From Eledone cirrhosa (taxonomy: Eukaryota): 64,000 nt of DNA. Location of the stretch: contig OZ024745.1 in the NCBI GenBank assembly GCA_964016885.1, forward strand, positions 36,828,001-36,892,000, given 5' to 3'. Positions 12,292 to 25,899 of the stretch are shown piece after piece; position 1 is the first letter of the stretch; the number at the start of each line of letters is the position of its first letter. Both the position numbers and the translations under genes were made by a program. Below the pieces are notes generated by a model. The model was not told where the DNA came from. It saw only the letters and a program-made list of their open reading frames with translations, and searched no databases.

Positions 12292-12716
12292 TAAATGTAA
12301 GTATGTATGTATACGTACATACATATATGTATACAGACGTACAGTAGCATGTATATATATACATAGAGGCACACATATATATATGCACGTATCAGTTTAC
12401 CGAACATTTATTATAATGCTCGGTTTGTTCGTTTGTAAACAAACAAACAGCCTGAATTGCGCCGTACAGTGTTTAGGCAACCACGTCACCTTTTTGTTCA
12501 ACACTGACACAGGAACGATGTACTAGTTTCAAGCTTATTAGCTATCGTCAACACCGTATACCTTTCTGCCAGATGGTTGAACGTCCGAGCATTATAATAA
12601 ATGTTCGGTAAACTGATACGTGCATATATATATGTGTGCCTGTCTGTATATATATACATGCTACTGTACGTCTGTATACATATATGTATGTACGTATACA
12701 TACATACTTACATTTA
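12292..12716. repeat. About 130-bp inverted repeats flanking an HHR-containing spacer
   Basis: 12292-12423 vs 12585-12716 are near-perfect reverse complements. Confidence 0.9.
12515..12557 (-). ncRNA. Minimal type I hammerhead motif (C3U core variant)
   Basis: acggtg-TTGACGA-t-agct-aata-agct-t-GAAA-ctag-TA-catcgt; 6-bp stem I, palindromic CTAG loop III. Confidence 0.72.
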
Positions 12717-13319
12717 TATATATATAGATATATATATAGATATATATATATAGAGAGATATCTTATAAATGTAAATTAAATATTAACGTTATAATTGAAA
12801 TGATGATTCTTGACAGTAATCATCTCTGGAAGCTAATGCAAATATATATATATATATACGTACATATATGTTAAAAGTGTAGATAGATTTAACTGTTGGT
12901 ATATATGTTTAAATCTCATTTCCTACTCATGCAAAATAAAATTTAGAAAGGTCATGCATACAAATGTCAAATATATCATTAATCCTTCTTATGTGACATA
13001 ATTTTAGTGCAAGATGCAAGATGATTCGTGTTTCTATTACAATTTATACGAATCAATATAGTTTCCATGCCACTTCCAAGAACTGAAGTTAAATACCTAT
13101 ATGTCTTATTAAATAAGGGAGTGGAAATATGCCTGAATGAATAATTGATAGGGCTACCAATTCATTTCATATCAGATCTTAGACGGTTTAGTTCGTAGTG
13201 GTGTCTCTTGGGAAAACATTTCATTTAACATATATCACAGCTCAGTTAAATCTTCCTGGAATAATACTTGACGTCCTATTCGAGAGGTTTGTTTCATAAA
13301 TTATGTATGATATTTGTCG

Positions 13320-13630
13320 CCACATGCATGGCTGAGTAGTTAAAAGGTTTTCTTCACAGTCATGAGGGCCGGGCTCCCACAGCATAGCATCATAGGGAAG
13401 TATCGTTATTAGAGCCCTGAGCCAGCCTATGAATTGTGAGTGTAACTGAGTAGACAGATGTATTGAAGACCGCCAGGTGAACTGTACATATAAGTAGAAC
13501 ATCTAGCAATTGTATCCCGTGGCTTCAGCCTAAAAACTACGTTAAAGGTACATGTATCTATGGAATACTCAACCTCTTACACGTTAATTAGAGATTGACA
13601 CTAAATTAATTGAACAACTTCGTACTCATA
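13320..13630 (+). mobile_element. Old tRNA-derived SINE (degenerate)
   Basis: A-box-like TGGCTGAGTAGTTAA head; related decayed heads near 17270 and 61810-61900. Confidence 0.45.
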
Positions 13631-14179
13631 GTCGAAACCGACGGATGATACATTGCCATGAGATATTTAAAGCAGAATATATTTAACAATTTAATCGGAG
13701 TGGAAAGTAAATGTCCGCTATTTTGAAATTATTTTTTTCACGAGTATATTTTTGATAATAGATTTATTATTGATTTGGATCTACTAAAACAGGCAAATTT
13801 ACTATAGACACGAGTAGATAAATGTAAGAGGGTGGTATAGTTGTACAAGGTTTAACACACCATCTGAGGAATGTCTCGGATATAGGTGAGAGTATGTTTG
13901 TATGAGTGTCTGTGTGTTTAGAGGAGACGATGAAAGAGATGGAGAGGATGTAGGCAGGCCTCGTGATTCTCTGACTTCTGTTGAGACCCGCTTTCCCACA
14001 CAGATCAGAACGAGACATTCTGCCATCAACTATAACATGCAATTCCTTATCTCCAGCTAAATACATATAACAAGATGTTAGCCATAAATTCCTTAACAGT
14101 TCCAGTTCATAGTTATGGCTCCAATGTGTTGAACTGGAATATCAGTGAAGAGAATTGGCGCAGACATTCGTACTTTGCT

Positions 14180-14715
14180 GATTTGTAATAAGATGCACCA
14201 CATAATAAGATGTGGAACGTCTTTACTCTCCCAAAACTCAAAAAGACAGAGGCTTAACCCAGTTTGAACTGTCTTAAAAAATTACAATTGAACTTGAAGC
14301 AACAAACGACTGGATATTGAAGCTCTCTGGAAAACATTCGATCTTGAAAGAAAGCAAAATATTTGCTACTAATCTCATGACTAATATCCAGGCTGGACAG
14401 ACCGAGGGACTGGGGCAACTGTTGTTGCAAAGTAAGTAAAATTAATCACTAAGAAAAAAACAATTAACACCGATATGGTAGCAGAAATCTCTGCATAGCA
14501 AATATGTGGCCCGTAGCAAAAAGCTGATGGTAACTAGAAGGACACCTATCTGTGGCTACGTAGCTCAGGGCTAAAGGTAGAGAGTGAAGGATTCATTTTA
14601 GCTGCTCAAGACCCAAGCTTATCAATCGGAACAATTTGATGAGAAGTAGAATAGATCTAGAGTGATGATTCTGTAATGAGGAAATGGAAATAGTGAACCA
14701 AATATGCTTGCCAGT
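14180..14715 (+). pseudogene. R4/Dong-like (RLE-type) non-LTR retrotransposon fragment
   Basis: Frame-broken peptides DVERLYSPK..RGLTQFE and EGFILAAQDPSL followed by a C..E.V.QI zinc-knuckle remnant. Confidence 0.65.
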
Positions 14716-15044
14716 ATATATATACATATATACATACATGCATACATACATAACAGTAAAAATATGTAAAACATTCCAAAAATTTTGCATCTAATAACTG
14801 CATATACACATGTACAGATTCAAAGCATATACACATGCTCACATACAACTCAAAACATACACATCCACACATACAATAACATCCATATCTACACATGCAG
14901 ACATGCATACATAATTAATCTACCTAGTTGATGTTGTGTAAATTCCAATGAGAGAGTCTTGTATCTATGTTAGAAACCGACTCTCTCTCTCTATTGGTAA
15001 AAATTTGTGAAATTATAAAACCAAAACAACATACATACATACAT

Positions 15045-15637
15045 GGTGGCTGCCAACTCGTTTTCGAGTACGGCCACTACTTTATATCCATGTAAGAGAA
15101 CCACTACCGATGCGCTGAACGAGTGTGATTTTTAGTCCAGCCAGCGACTTGAAAATTCTGGTACAACAACTACACTTGTGACAATTATTGACACATAGTG
15201 CTGGGCCCATGGTACCATGTGACGACAAGTGCAGAGAGATCTCCAGATATAAAGCAATGCTTGTGCCGTGAAGCTTTTATAGTGAGCAAAAGCACTGCAT
15301 AAAGCCAGTCCCACACTCTTAACCAAGATGATATTTACCAAAAAGAAGAACAAGTCAACATCATTGGATACCATCAGGGTTGCAGGTGTTATATCAGAGT
15401 TTTCCTTCTCCTAGAATTCTGCCTTGACAAATGCTAAGGGTCATCTCTCCCAGTGATTTTGGATGGCCATTGACTCTTAAGAGCTCCTTTGCCCTTTGAC
15501 ATCCTGCAGGATGTCCAAAGTCACCCTCCTCACCAAGAAACCTTGGTGGGGTTGCCAGTTTAGTCGCCAACGACCAAACCATAGGACAGGTTGTACTGGG
15601 ATACATGTTACCAGTAGCACCAACTGGTGACCTGACC
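15045..15637. mobile_element. Unclassified ~600-bp interspersed element in (CATA)n, copy A
   Basis: Highly similar to 58179-58809 with the same two ends, flanked on both sides by (CATA)n. Confidence 0.85.
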
Positions 15638-16194
15638 ATACATACATACATACATACATACATACATACATACATACATACATACATACATACATACATA
15701 CATACATACATACACTTATAGTCAATACAGCAGGGATGGAATTTGATGTATCCTTTCTTAAAGGTTTTATGCGTGATTTGCATTCATTAAAGGGTTATTC
15801 GAGATATCAGAAATTAGTCGCAAACAGTAATTTCATAGACTATATAATTTTTATTTATATATTTAGTTATTTATCATCGAAGATGCGGCAACCTGCGAAA
15901 ACCCTGACATTATAGACATCCATATTTTATAGACAAATTTATACTCATTTTTAATACAAACCTACATGGAATTTGATTTCAAAATGCTTGTAGATGTAAT
16001 TTCAAAGATATAATGAAGATATGCAAGGGGAAAGGTTTCATTAATACTCTGTGGACATTTGCGTTTTACTTCCCGAGTCACCACAATATATATATATATA
16101 TATATACGATTATGAGGAAGAAAAATATATATACAGACACACACACACACACACATATATATAATATATATGTATATATATATATATAATATAC

Positions 16195-16284
<90 letters not shown>

Positions 16285-16305
16285 CGTGCGTGTGTGTATA
16301 TATAT

Positions 16306-16399
<94 letters not shown>

Positions 16400-16424
16400 T
16401 ATATATATATTATATATATATATA

Positions 16425-16476
<52 letters not shown>

Positions 16477-16477
16477 G

Positions 16478-16565
<88 letters not shown>

Positions 16566-16571
16566 ATATAC

Positions 16572-16605
<34 letters not shown>

Positions 16606-16916
16606 CTGTATACATACATACATATAATTGTTTGTATATGTATGCGCGTATGCGTATTTTATAGAACGCACTTCTGATCCATAATAGCTACTCTAATATA
16701 TTATGGCAATATATGCTGGTGCTTATTTTATCGATCCCATAAACATATACACCAAATTGGATTCGAACGGTATTTCAACTTTGTTATTTATTAAAGGAAA
16801 ATAACTTAATACTTTAAGTAATATTGTCAGTCATTATAAACTTTTGGTCATACGTGGTGCTTACTATGCTATTCACACTCACACACACACACACACACAC
16901 AGACATGCACACACAC

Positions 16917-16991
<75 letters not shown>

Positions 16992-17862
16992 CACACAATG
17001 TAGCCATGTCATCATCTTTTATTAATCACAACTGCTGGAAGTATATTACAATGCACGATGGTTCTTAGAATATAGATTTGAAAGTGCCTTTAGCTATTCA
17101 TGTTATTGTACTGGCTCCAGGGTGATAACTTGGCAGTATCACCTTGCAACCGGAAACTGTAACCAAATACTTCATACAAGTTTTACCCACTTTCGGTCAC
17201 GAGATAGAATTATTTGCCTTATTTAGTTACGACTTATTATATTCTCTATCTCTATGGAGCAAGCATAAATGAGTAGTTAAAGAAATCGCTTCCTAGTTAT
17301 AATGTCCCAGATTCGATCTCTCTATTTGTCATATTGAGAAAGTATATATATGACTCAAACCTTATGAGTGAAATTAGGTCGGTAGAAACTGAGTCGAAGC
17401 CCATCAGATGGATTTTTACTGTTATTCCAAGGTACAGCCTTGGAATATAAACTGCACTTTGATTCAGATTAAAAATTCCGTTATGAGCACTCGTGCTTTT
17501 GAAATACCTAACTATTTATAGATTATGTATTTTCCTTTACTGTCCTATACAACCAGAACTTGTCTCCTTTAACCCTTCCCTTTTTGTCATTACTTAATTT
17601 TGTTTTTATATTTTATAATATTTTCATCATTGTTTGTAAAATATAGTTGAAATAAAATAAAAGAAGAAAACAAAAGGTAGTGAGAAAATTTCCGATTTTT
17701 ACGTTGAGCTGATTGAACAATTGAATGCAGGATTTGACATTATATTCTGAATTCCATTCCTGCAAAGGTTGATTTTAAATTTCATTTTTTCCTGTGTCGA
17801 TAAGCATCAGTTGAATACAGGTCTCAATATATTTGATAGATTACTCCCACCAAAAAAACAAA

Positions 17863-18027
17863 AAGAAGAAGAAGAAGAAGAAGAAGAAGAAGAAGAAGAA
17901 GAAGAAGAAGAAGAAGAAGAAGAAGAAGAAGAAGAAGAAGAAGAAGAAGAAGAAAAAGAAAAAGAAGAAGAAGAAGAAGAAGAAGAAGAAGAAGAAGAAG
18001 AAGAAGAAGAAGAAGAAGAAGAAGAAG
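17863..18027 (+). repeat. (GAA)n microsatellite
   Basis: Direct reading; source of the poly-E/K/S/L ORFs. Confidence 0.98.
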
Positions 18028-18229
18028 ACATACTACTCGATGAAAGCAGTCGTACATATGGCGTGGATGACTATTCATTAAATTTAAGATGAATACTATT
18101 CTCCGACAGTAATGCTACAACTACCAGCCTTGTTAAATAACTGGATATTCATCTGATGATATTTACTGACGACACCTTTTATTCGAAATCGTAGAGATAA
18201 GCGTCTAAATATTGAATTTACTGTATATA

Positions 18230-19520
18230 GATTTGCGACATACAACTTGAATGGACACGACAACATCAACAACACTGAATTGAAGAAAATCAACAAGAAA
18301 TATAAAAAGAATATTTTTTGTTGTAGTTACAAAAGGAACCGAAATTATAAATCGCATTTTTCTAGGGGCTACGAAATCAATAACGACCTATTTAATTGCT
18401 ATAAAATAGAGGAAAAAAAGTTTCTTCTGTTGACTATATAAACTGAACGAAACTGCATTGGAACGAACTCCACCCAGAGCTAAATCCTTTCACAGCTAAA
18501 CAATTGCGCCAACAATCAACGTTTGTCAAACGTAAAAAGAAACCATATTCTAAAAAGTATCAAATGTCTTAATCTCTTACAAATAACAACAATGATTAAG
18601 TAATTTCCTAGATCGGATATGCAATCAACACTTGTCACAACAGGCCACCATATTACTGGGTTTTCTTGTAGCCAGTTCGACCATCAACAACAAACCACAT
18701 CAATACAGAAGCAGTCTCTTGAAACAGCCATGCTGGCAACAATTTGACATGACGTGTCACAACAGACTTTACCTCGACTGTTATATCTCGCAGTCACCTT
18801 AACCACCACCATCAAAATACAATCTATGATAAGCCTACAAATTGGCTGGGAAAGGGGAAGTAGTGTAAAAACCGTTTAAACATATCATTACAGAAATTCT
18901 CCATTTAGAGAGTATTATGTGTATGATACTTTCTCTCGAAAAAGGGAATAACACGACAAAATTAAGCAAGAAATTAAATAATGAAATTCTACGTGTATCG
19001 ACGAAATTGGAGATGAATATTGACGACAAATTAAAATCCCAGCATTTTGTCACGTTAACGTCTGTCTATATGCTGAAACAACGATAGTGAAACATTATCT
19101 TGGTGATACTAGAGATGCTAACAAAAACAAACCTACATAAAAAAATGACATCGTATATTTCAAAAAGGGAAAAAAATATGGCTGACATACAAAAACTATC
19201 GGCTGTGTGACAATGCTTATAACATGCAAACAAAACTATAAAACCTACAGTCCTCACCAACAAAGAGTGGGGGGAAATAGAAATTATGTTTGGAGACAGT
19301 ACAAACAGAATTGTTCAATACATGTTGATAAACTTCAAACAATAATTGAGAGCTGTAAACGAGAAACTCCGGTACCAGAAGAGAATAGATGAAAGAAAAA
19401 TGATTAATAAAGGATTCAGCCGAAACCAAACATCAGAGACATGAGGTGCAAACTAATAAATGTCACTCAGGGTCCCATCTCAGAAAGACATTGTGGAAAT
19501 TAGCTACCCGGCAGATGTCA
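18230..19520 (+). pseudogene. Highly decayed N-terminal region of an R4/Dong-like LINE
   Basis: Peptide LHWNELHPELNPFTAKQLRQQSTFVKRK resembles the R4/Dong N-terminal W.E..P....Q.L..Q motif; multiple stops and frameshifts. Confidence 0.4.
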
Positions 19521-19737
19521 ATATAATGCTAAAATTTAGAGGAAAGAATATTTATGCTGAACTAATGTGGAATCTGTAAATTCTCCACCCTGACTATGCC
19601 TTTATATTTGAACCTGTATCAATGGTGCTCTGGAATATGTTCCTAACTACATCAGTATAAACTTGTGGAGCTGAACTTCACAGAACCAGACAAAAGACTA
19701 ACTAGGAAGTTGCAAGTACAGTCCATAAAAGGAACTG

Positions 19738-19811
<74 letters not shown>

Positions 19812-19849
19812 GGTGAACATTTATAAAATAATAAAACCAGAAGCACATA

Positions 19850-20300
19850 CATACATGATGGCTGCAAACTCTGCCAAGAGTATTGCAATCGCTTGTCAGA
19901 TTCAGATGTGTGACGCTCGGATATGGCTTTTCAAGCCTGCTAGAGACTTGCACTCTTCACACACTGACGACAACTATGGATCTCCCTGGCTTGTGGTCCT
20001 GTATCAGGTTGCTTGTGGACCCTCACAACACTGTGGAGATCATAGTTCACTGGTTCTCTTTGAACATGGATGCGACTGTGGCTCATGAGACCAGATTTAC
20101 TCAGAGCACTTCAATTGAATGGTGACACCGATCGTTTCGCGAGATACACCGGGGCATTGCTTACGCACATCCCGTTTGATCTTCTCGTGCTCTATGCGTC
20201 TGTCCTCAAAATTATGGACCCCTCATTCACCATTCCACGCCAAGTTTCTCTTTCAAGAGCTTCTATCTCCCACTCAGCCATCATCAAACCAGTTTTTTTT
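19850..20300 (-). mobile_element. RTE (BovB-like) LINE 3' fragment with C2H2-type zinc-finger remnants
   Basis: EWEIEALERETWRGMVNEG..FEDRRIEHEKIKRDVRK, KSGLMSHSRIH, C..C..CKSLAGLKSHIRASH on -. Confidence 0.75.
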
Positions 20301-21832
20301 CAATATACATACATACATAATATATCGCTCAGCATGGCCATATCTAAATAGCTGAAACTAATAAAAGAGTATATGTATGTGTGTGTGGAGTGAGAGAGGT
20401 GGGGGAAGAAGTGGCAGAAGAGAGCATGCCTGTGTCTGAGAGAGACTGGGTCGTGTCGATATAGAAGATGGCTGTTGCTGTTCTTATTCTTGGTGTTTAG
20501 AAACAGGTCAGCTTTAATTACGCAGACTCAGGATTAATAATATTACATGACGAATCTGAGAAGGGATAAGTCGATGGCATGGACCTTAGTGTGTCACTGA
20601 TACTTATTTTCACTGGCATCGGAAAGATGAAAGACAAATATTACAAGTATTGATTGAAATTCACAAATTGAATGGAAAACGATGAGTAGACAGAGTGGAC
20701 AACAACTATTGGTGTCGCATATTATGACGAAGGGACATTTACAATGAATTTAATTTCAATATTGTAATCAGAACGCAAACAGCTGGAACAATTATCGCCA
20801 GGCATTCTTTTCTATGCTCAAACCATTCTGCTAATCTACCATCTTATGATAAATAATAATGGTTAACACCAATGTAAAGAGCGCATTTTTGTAAATGATT
20901 TAAGAGAAATCAAACTATTATGAAACTGCACGAAATTCAATCAGGTTTATCCCATGTGACATTCGAACCGCTGGGTACACTTATCTAATAAATGATCAAG
21001 AAAATAAAGACTCTGCATTCACCTGACGGTTATACATGATTAAATTGGATGAAACATGTTTCAAACATCAACCAGAATGTTAACTAATGAAGCAATAACC
21101 ACTAAAGCGTTATTCCCTTTCGATATAGAAATAAAAAGACAAACTTCTTAAGGGAAACATGTATAGTGAATGTTCTTAAATTTTCTTAAATGTGATAAAA
21201 ACGGATCGACTATGGCATCTCTATGACATTAAAGTATAACCTTCTGAAGCATGCAATTACAAATGCTAGTTAGAATACAAACTACGAGAAGAAAACCTCC
21301 CAGACACGAAATCACAAATCATATTGACTGAAATGTTAACTTCTACCGGAATTTTACAACAGAGTTTTCTAGTTAACAGTACCACTTCATAAGTGATGTA
21401 ACTTTCTAGAATGCCAAAAATCACCTCAGCCAAATCTAGCAACGGTAAATGTAAAATTATAAACATATATAAGTTGTACTCATTTTTTATACTCATTTTT
21501 TGCTACTAATGTTTTTCCTAAATTTTAATTTTATTTCTATTATGTTATTTGGGATCTGAAACTTCAGCAATTGTGTCTCCTTCTAAGATTTCTTTTATTA
21601 TCATTGTACTTTCGTAGGGTCATGCTTCTACTTAAAATAAATGCTCTGGTTATAATATTTATTTCAGTTTAATTAATCATGAAGCTAATCCCTCAGCCTG
21701 GTAATTATTCAACTAATTAATTGTAAAACTCCTTTCGTCATAATTTGTGACCTTATCGGTGTTTGTTACTTCGTTTTCTCTTCAACTTTACTTCATGGTT
21801 TTCATTTTGTTGTGAATTGTAGTACTTAGGTT

Positions 21833-22026
21833 TATAATAATTGTTTCTACTTTAGGCACAAGGCCAGCAAATACCCAGTGCATTACTGGTACTTTATTTT
21901 ATCGACCCCGTAAGGATGAAAGGCAAAATCAACCTCGGCGGGATTTGAACTCAGATCATAAAGGGACGTAACTATGCTGCAAAGCATGGCGTCCGACCCC
22001 CTACCGATACTGCCAATCCACCGCCC
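21833..22026 (-). mobile_element. tRNA-derived SINE (cephalopod OK-type / Meta-core-like)
   Basis: GGGCGGTGGATTGGCAGTATCGGTAG A-box, GTTCAAATCC B-box, TTCATCCTTACGGGGTCGATAAAATAAAGTACCAG core, AGAAACAATTATT tail. Confidence 0.85.
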
Positions 22027-22444
22027 TAGAAACTTAGGTTTATAATAATTGTTTCTAGGTTTATAATAATGATATATAAAATGTGCACAAAACCTCAATT
22101 TTGGGGAATTTGTGATCGGTTATATTAACTCTAGTATTTCACTGGTACTGATTTTATCGATCCCAACAGGGGAAGGTGAAAACATAGTCGACTTTAACAA
22201 CATCTGTGTTTCTAATGATGATTTCAAAGACACATAGCATCAAAATTGAGGAGGTGTATAGTCGACTATATCTACTCCGGTGCTTAACTAGTACTCTTTT
22301 ATATAGACTTCGGAAGGATGTAAAGCAACGCTGATCTTGGTGAGGACTGAACTTAGAACGTAAATGAGTTGAAATAAATAATGATTTCAGATTTAAGCAC
22401 AAGGGCAGCAATTTTGGGGAAGAGGAAAGTCCTACGGATTCTAG

Positions 22445-22593
22445 TGCCTTACTGGTACTTTATTTTATCCACCCCGTAAGGATGAAAGGCAAAGATAACT
22501 TCGGCTGGATTTGAACTCAGTACGTAAAGGACGTAGCTATGCGCCGTAAAGCATGTTGCCCAACGCTCTACCGATACTGCCAATCCACCGCCC
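22445..22593 (-). mobile_element. Same SINE family
   Basis: Same head and core as 21833-22026. Confidence 0.85.
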
Positions 22594-22617
22594 TTGAAAA
22601 AGTTGAAACAGTTGAAA

Positions 22618-22807
22618 TAAATAATTGTTTCTACTTTTGGCACAAGGCCAGCAATTACCCAGTGCATTACTGGTACTTTATTTTATCTACCCCATAAGGA
22701 TGAGAGGCAAAGTTAATCTCGGCGGGATTTGAACTCACAATGGCAAGGGCCGTAACTCTATGCGTCAAAGCATGGCGTCCGACCCTCTACCGATACTGCC
22801 AATCCAC
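22618..22807 (-). mobile_element. Same SINE family
   Basis: Same head, core and tail. Confidence 0.85.
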
Positions 22808-23298
22808 ATAATGCTAAGCATTTTATCAAAAGGTAGGAATAATAACTTCTTAAGTGAACGCTCTTTAATTTGTTAAAATTAGCTCGGACGTGGTATCTGT
22901 ACATCAAACATGTAATTACAAAGGCTAATTAGAATACAAACTACGTGTAGAAAGCCTCTCAGGCATGAAATCACGAATTATATTCAAAGGGCGCTAAATT
23001 CTACCTAAATCTTTCAACAGAAATGTTAAGCTAACAGTACCACTTCATAAGTGATATCATTTTCTGGGATGAGGTGAACCTCTCAGAAAAACACTGCAAT
23101 GTTAAAAACAAAATTATTAGCATGTGTACATATTCTATCCTCACGTTTACATGGTTATACAAATATTTACATCCGAAAATACTTTGGAAGTAAATTTTAA
23201 AAGCCTAGTGTGTAACCAATGTGGTTTTACAGGCGGTAGGAATACGTAATATTCGGTTTCTTAATCAAACTTTAACAATCCTATATTTGTGGAATGCT

Positions 23299-23459
<161 letters not shown>

Positions 23460-24103
23460 CAGAAGTCTAATGAGCTCTTTTGATTCCAGAGTCGGGCCCG
23501 ATCGATACAGATCGAAACTTGAGCTGATCAATCGCGAAAGCATCTCACCCGTCAATAATTGTATAAACGTAATGAAAATTTGACACATCGTCTATATCAC
23601 GCCTGAGGTGAGTTGTCTTTTCTTCCCTCTTCCTCTGTCCACCGTGCATTCATTCTTTCTTTCTTTCCATTCTCTCACTGCTCCCTATCTCTCCCCTCTC
23701 GCTGCCACTGTTACCTTCTTCCTCCCCCCTCCCTCCCGTCTACAGGCCAGCTCTACTGACGCCAATATTCTTCCTTACTCGCAACGACTTGGGTCGATCA
23801 GACACACATCATATTTTTCTCTCTAACCTGTCCCAACACAAACAATATATGAACGAAGATATTTGTTTCTCCGTTTCGAGCCTCCTTTTCCCGCAGTAAT
23901 CTCATTAATTCGTCGAAACTACTGGAGTCTGAGATCTGACGAGCATTTTCTAATGTTTGTGACATGTTCGCTTTCATCCATTCTTTTTCTTCCTTTCTAT
24001 CTTCTCTTCCTTTGAGTCAACTCACATCTAGCCACTGATCTCTGTCCTTCGAGGTAATATTTTACCCAACGCCGTTTTCCCCTTTTCCTGAGAATATATA
24101 TAC

Positions 24104-24183
<80 letters not shown>

Positions 24184-24940
24184 ATTCACAGGAAAATAGG
24201 AAAATATATATATAGACAGAGAAAGAGAGAGTGAGACAGATAGGCAAACAGACAGGCAGTGAAACAGAGAAATAACACTATTGACAGATTCTGGAATGAA
24301 TGAATTCATTCTAAAAAATTTACAACATTTGAAACACCTCCCTTACATTTGTGTTCCGGGAATTCTAAATAAACATGCTAGAACGCTTTCACAGATCGTA
24401 GCTTTAATGTGGCAGAAAATATTTTTCCATATTATATAAACCATTCCGCAATGAAACAGTGAAAATGTGGTAGTCATCTATGTTGATGTTGATGTTTGTC
24501 TGCTTGCTAGGAAACTGGCATATTTCTATAGACAGGTTTCTGTGTAGAGGAAATACAGTTTATTGTTTAAAGATCCTAGTTTCTTACAACACCCAATTGT
24601 CGTCTGTTCCACCGGAAACAAGCCGCACAATTGGTGAACAAGATATGTCTTCTTAGGAAACGGTGGGAAATAAACTCATTGTACGATATACATATATATA
24701 TATATTAACTTGCATACTTATACACATGCAATAACATACATATGAACATACATATGATTGAAAAATATACATCTATATATACACGCACATTTCATATAAA
24801 TTCATACATATACTCATGTGTCTATATAATAAATATTTGCTCTACGGTTCTTATATATTTGATATATATTTATCCTTATCGAGCCCTCTTTGGATTTTAG
24901 TCTTCAAATTTATTATTATTACTATTATTATTACTATTAT

Positions 24941-25021
<81 letters not shown>

Positions 25022-25254
25022 TTAGAAACACACAGATACATGCGGACACACACATATATACATGAATGCATCCGCACCCAACTGTGAGTTAAGGGTGCCA
25101 ACTTCACCGATGTTGCTCAATGAATGACCGGGACAGACCAATTCAGTTGAACCAGACTGAACCAGTATCAGAGTTAAAAATACATTATGAAGAGAGAAGA
25201 AACATTTAGATATAATTAGTAATAAAATGTATCATACCTAAACTGCTCCTAAAT

Positions 25255-25344
25255 TCCTCGACTACGTAGTTTCGTGGCATAAACAAAAACAATATATCAT
25301 AAAGATATAGAGTCCCTGCGAGGTCTGCCGACTTATCAAGAGGA
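25255..25344 (-). ncRNA. Hammerhead motif with 59-nt stem II and mutated core
   Basis: tcctc-TTGATAA-gtcggca..tgccac-GAAA-ctacgtag-TC-gagga; 5-bp stem I, 10-nt palindrome ACTACGTAGT, GUC triplet. Confidence 0.68.
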
Positions 25345-25899
25345 TACCTCATTTTACTAGTCTCAAGAACGCGTCTACACGACGTGAGAAAGAATCCCAA
25401 AAGGCGGAGGGGGAGATAGTCACGCGATATAACGGTCGAGAAACAGAGCTAAGCCTCTTATAACCACGAAGAAAATACCACGGAGGCGGAGGGGGTATTC
25501 ATATCGAGGCCGCAGAAGATATATATATATATATACTAACAGTTTATATATATATATATACTAACAGTTTAGCCCGGCGTTGCTCGGGTTTGTTCATTTG
25601 CTATGAAAAGTTACATACAGGTAAACGTGGCTTGAAAGCGAATAAGCTTATCAATTAAGTGCATAAAGCAGTTGAACCGGTTATTAAAAGTTACGAACCA
25701 ATTACCATTTTGGACAATCAATGATGGGTTAATAATCTTCAAATAGCGAATTTAGCAGACCAAAGTTGCAAGAGGGTGGCCCTGATGCCGCTGGGTGTCA
25801 GATCTGTCCGCCATGGGTGACCCTACCAGGAAATAGTTTTCCAGACGGCATAGCTCCAACACCACCAACACCTACACCAACATCTATAGCACCTCTTTG

